Shown piece after piece: positions 61,029 to 64,000 of a DNA stretch of 64,000 nucleotides. Position 1 is the first letter of the stretch, and each line of letters opens with the position of its first letter. The stretch is from Malacoraja senta (taxonomy: Eukaryota): assembly GCA_038087875.1 (NCBI GenBank), contig CM075992.1, positions 4,094,001 through 4,158,000 on the forward strand, given 5' to 3'. The notes under the pieces were generated by a model that ran no database searches, was not told the DNA's origin, and saw nothing but the letters and a program-made list of their open reading frames with translations. Made by a program: the position numbers and the translations under genes.

Positions 61029-61610
61029 TCTGGTCGAGAATCTCAAGTTTGTCAAGGAGGACTCTCTCTAACTTCTACAGGTGCACAGTAGAGAGCATGC
61101 TGACCGGTTGCATCGTGGCTTGGTTCGGCAACTTGTGCGCCCTGGAGAGGAAAAGACTACAAAAAGTAGTAAACACTGCCCAGTCCATCATCGGCTCTGA
61201 CCTCCCTTCCATCGAGGGGATCTATCGCAGTCGCTGCCTCAAAAAGGCTGGCAGCATCATCAAGGACCCACACCATCCTGGCCACACACTCATCTCCCCG
61301 CTACCTTCAGGTAGAAGGTACAGGAGCCTGACGACTGCAACGACCAGGTTCAGGAATAGCTACTTCCCCACAGCCATCAGGCTATTAAACCTGGCTCGGA
61401 CATAACACTGAACTTTAATAACCCATTATCTGTTATTTGCACTTTATCAGTTTATTTATTCATGTGTGTATATATTTATATAATGGTATATGGACACACT
61501 GATCTGTTCTGTAGTCAATGCCTACTATGTTCTGTTGTGCTGAAGCAAAGCAAGAATTTCATTGTCCTATCAGGGACACATGACAATAAACTCACTTGAC
61601 CTTGACTTGA
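61029..61610 (+). mobile_element. Rex/Babar LINE 3' fragment
   Basis: FYRCTVESMLTGCIVAWFG...LPSGRRYRS...NSYFPTAIRLLN; (CTTGA)n tail. Confidence 0.88.
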
Positions 61611-62582
61611 GGTTCTAAGTTGTTCTAGTTTCACATGCACTCCCTGCAAACTAGGAGCGATTTACAGAGGGCCATTTAAGCCACACACCCGCACATATTT
61701 GGGATGTGGGAGGAAACGGGAGCACCCGGAGAGAACCCACGCGGTCCCGGGGGAGAACGTACAAACTCCGCGCAGACAGCACCCAAAGTCAGGATCGAAC
61801 CCTCGTTTGGACAAACCTCTTAATTGTTTACTGTCTATTGTTTAGACAATAAGCTAAACTGAAAGTGAAGCCAGTTTGTGAGCTGAGAGCTCCAGAACTC
61901 CACCTCCATGCCACTGTGGACATTCCTTTAGGAAGGAGATGAGGATAAATTTCTTTAGTCAGAGGGTGGTGAATCTGTTGAATTCTTTGCTACAAAAGGC
62001 TGTGGAGGCCAAGTCAGTGGATATTTTGAAGGCAGAGATAGATGATTAGTACGGGTGTCAGAAGTTATGGGGAGAAGGCAGGAGAATGGGGTTAGGAGGG
62101 AGAGATAGATCAGCCATGTTTGAATGGTGGAGTAGACCTGATGGGCCGAATGGCCTAATTCTTCTCCTATCACATGAAGTGTGCCACTCGAATTGGTGAT
62201 AACCTATCCAAAACATGGAGAAAGCTCAAGAAGCTGAACGATTACTCGCGATCACCCAACCTAGGAGGAGGAGGAAGACTGGACATTTTGGTGCCTTCCC
62301 TCGCAGTGCAGAGTGTAGATTCTACTGTGGGCGGATGTTCGTGTTGAATTTCTTATAGTGTGTTGTGTCATTTTTTTCTATCTCTTTTTATTATTTGTAT
62401 GGATAGTCTTCCCTGTAAAGCACTTTGGCTTTTGATTGAAATCGACTGAAAAGTGCTATATTAAAAAAAAAATTAAAAAAAATTAAAAGACCTTCCCTCC
62501 ATCACGACGAGACAATGAGAAGCTCAGAATGAAGGAAGCGTACTACACATTGTGGCCTTGTTTAAAAAATAGTTCCCCCTGA

Positions 62583-63130
62583 ACATAGAGTCATTGTCAT
62601 AGAGTGATACAGCAAGGAACAGGCCCCTCGGCCCAACGTGCCCACACTAGCCAACAATGTGGCAGCTACACTAGTCCCACCTGCCTGCGTTTGGTCCATA
62701 TCCCTCCAAACCTGCCCTATCCATGTACCTGTCTAACTGTTTCTTAAACATTGGGATAGTCCCAGCCTCAACTACCTCCTCCGGCAGCTCGTTCCATACA
62801 CCCACCACCCTTTGTGTGAAAAAGTTACCCCTCAGATTCCTATTAAATCTTTTCCCCTTCACCTTAAACCTCTGTCCTCTGGTCCTCGATTCCCCTGCTC
62901 TGGGCAAGAGACTCTGTGCATCTACCCGATCTATTCCTCTCATGATTTTGTACACCTCTATAAGATCACCCCTCACCCTCCTGCGCTCCAAGGAATAGAG
63001 ACCCAGCCTACTCAACCTCTCCCTATAGCTCACACCCTCTAGTCCTGGCAACATCATCGTAAATATTCTCTGTACCCTTTCCAGCTTGGCAACATCTTTC
63101 CGAGAATATGATGCCCAGAACTGAACACAA
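62583..63130 (-). mobile_element. CR1-clade LINE 3' fragment (subfamily sharing its tail with the SINEs)
   Basis: ORF 62671-63057 LGLYSLERRRVRGDLIEVYKIM...FFTQRVVGVWNELP. Confidence 0.9.
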
Positions 63131-63617
63131 CACAGCGATCAAAGCTGAACAAATTAAGTTGAATAACTATCAGAATAAAAAAAGATTAAATTAAAATGTG
63201 CAATATAGACTTAGAGAAGGGAGTCAATAAAAAAAAAGAAAGATATTTTATTGATCAGTATAAAGAAGTCAATATTTTGAGACCAGATGGAAATGCTCCC
63301 AGTTCAATTATTAGACATTCAATCACATCGGAATGAAATTCTAAACAACCGACATGAGGAAAGCTTATTACAACATAAAAAGCCTGCTATTGATGATAGT
63401 GTCGTGTTATATCAATGGACCTGGCAGAAGGAATGTGGTTGAGTGAATAATCACTAAGACCATGGTTGTCTGTCTCTGTAGCCTCACATCTAGAGTAATA
63501 CAGTGTGGAAACAGGCCCTTCAGCCCAACTTGCCCACGCCAACCAACATGTCCCATCTACGCTAGACCCACCTGCCTGCGTTTGGTCCATATCCCTCTAA
63601 AACCATGCTATCCATGT

Positions 63618-63739
63618 GTTAAAGAAGGAACTGCAGATGCTGGAAAATCGAAGGTACACAAAAATGCTGGAGAAACTCAGCGGGTGCAGCAGCATCTATG
63701 GAGCGAAGGAAATAGGTAACGTTTCGGGCCGAAACCCTT
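63618..63739 (-). mobile_element. Mini-element truncated inside the hammerhead, inserted in a CR1 fragment
   Basis: 10-bp TSD CTATCCATGT (63608-63617, 63740-63749). Confidence 0.82.
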
Positions 63740-64000
63740 CTATCCATGTACCTGTTTCTTAAACGTTGCGATAGTCCCTGCCTCAACTACCTCCTCCAGC
63801 AGCTCGTTCCATACACCCAACACCCTGTGTGTGACAACGTCGCCCCTAAGATTCCTATTAAATCTTCTCCCCTTCACCTTAAACCTGTGTCCTCTGGTCC
63901 TCGATTCCCCTACTCTGGGCAAGAGACTCTGTGCATCACTGCCTCAGCTTCTTGGCTACGGAGCCAGAATTCTTGCCTTTCCTTGAACCATCTGTTAATA

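Overview
Repeat-saturated vertebrate genomic DNA. The repeat set (HE1-type V-SINEs, HER1/CR1 LINEs, Penelope-like elements) points to a cartilaginous fish, probably a skate or ray (inference). No complete host gene is recognisable; a few phase-compatible minus-strand exon candidates suggest the window may be mostly intronic. Main contents: (1) a near-intact Mag-type Gypsy LTR retrotransposon (40454-45208); (2) a full-length DIRS tyrosine-recombinase retrotransposon with perfect ITR/ICR termini but decayed ORFs (26330-31047); (3) about 20 copies of a Penelope-like pseudo-LTR carrying a minimal hammerhead-ribozyme motif (CUGAAGA-A-stem II-GAAAC-GUH), present as TSD-flanked ~95-220 bp mini-insertions, a perfect 185-bp palindrome, a tandem dimer and two derived tandem arrays; (4) eight PIF/Harbinger-type MITEs; (5) many CR1, Rex/Babar, L2, RTE and Tx1-like fragments, SINEs, large microsatellites and a 200-N assembly gap with duplicated flanks. 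All coordinates and family calls were read by eye, without alignment or database searches.
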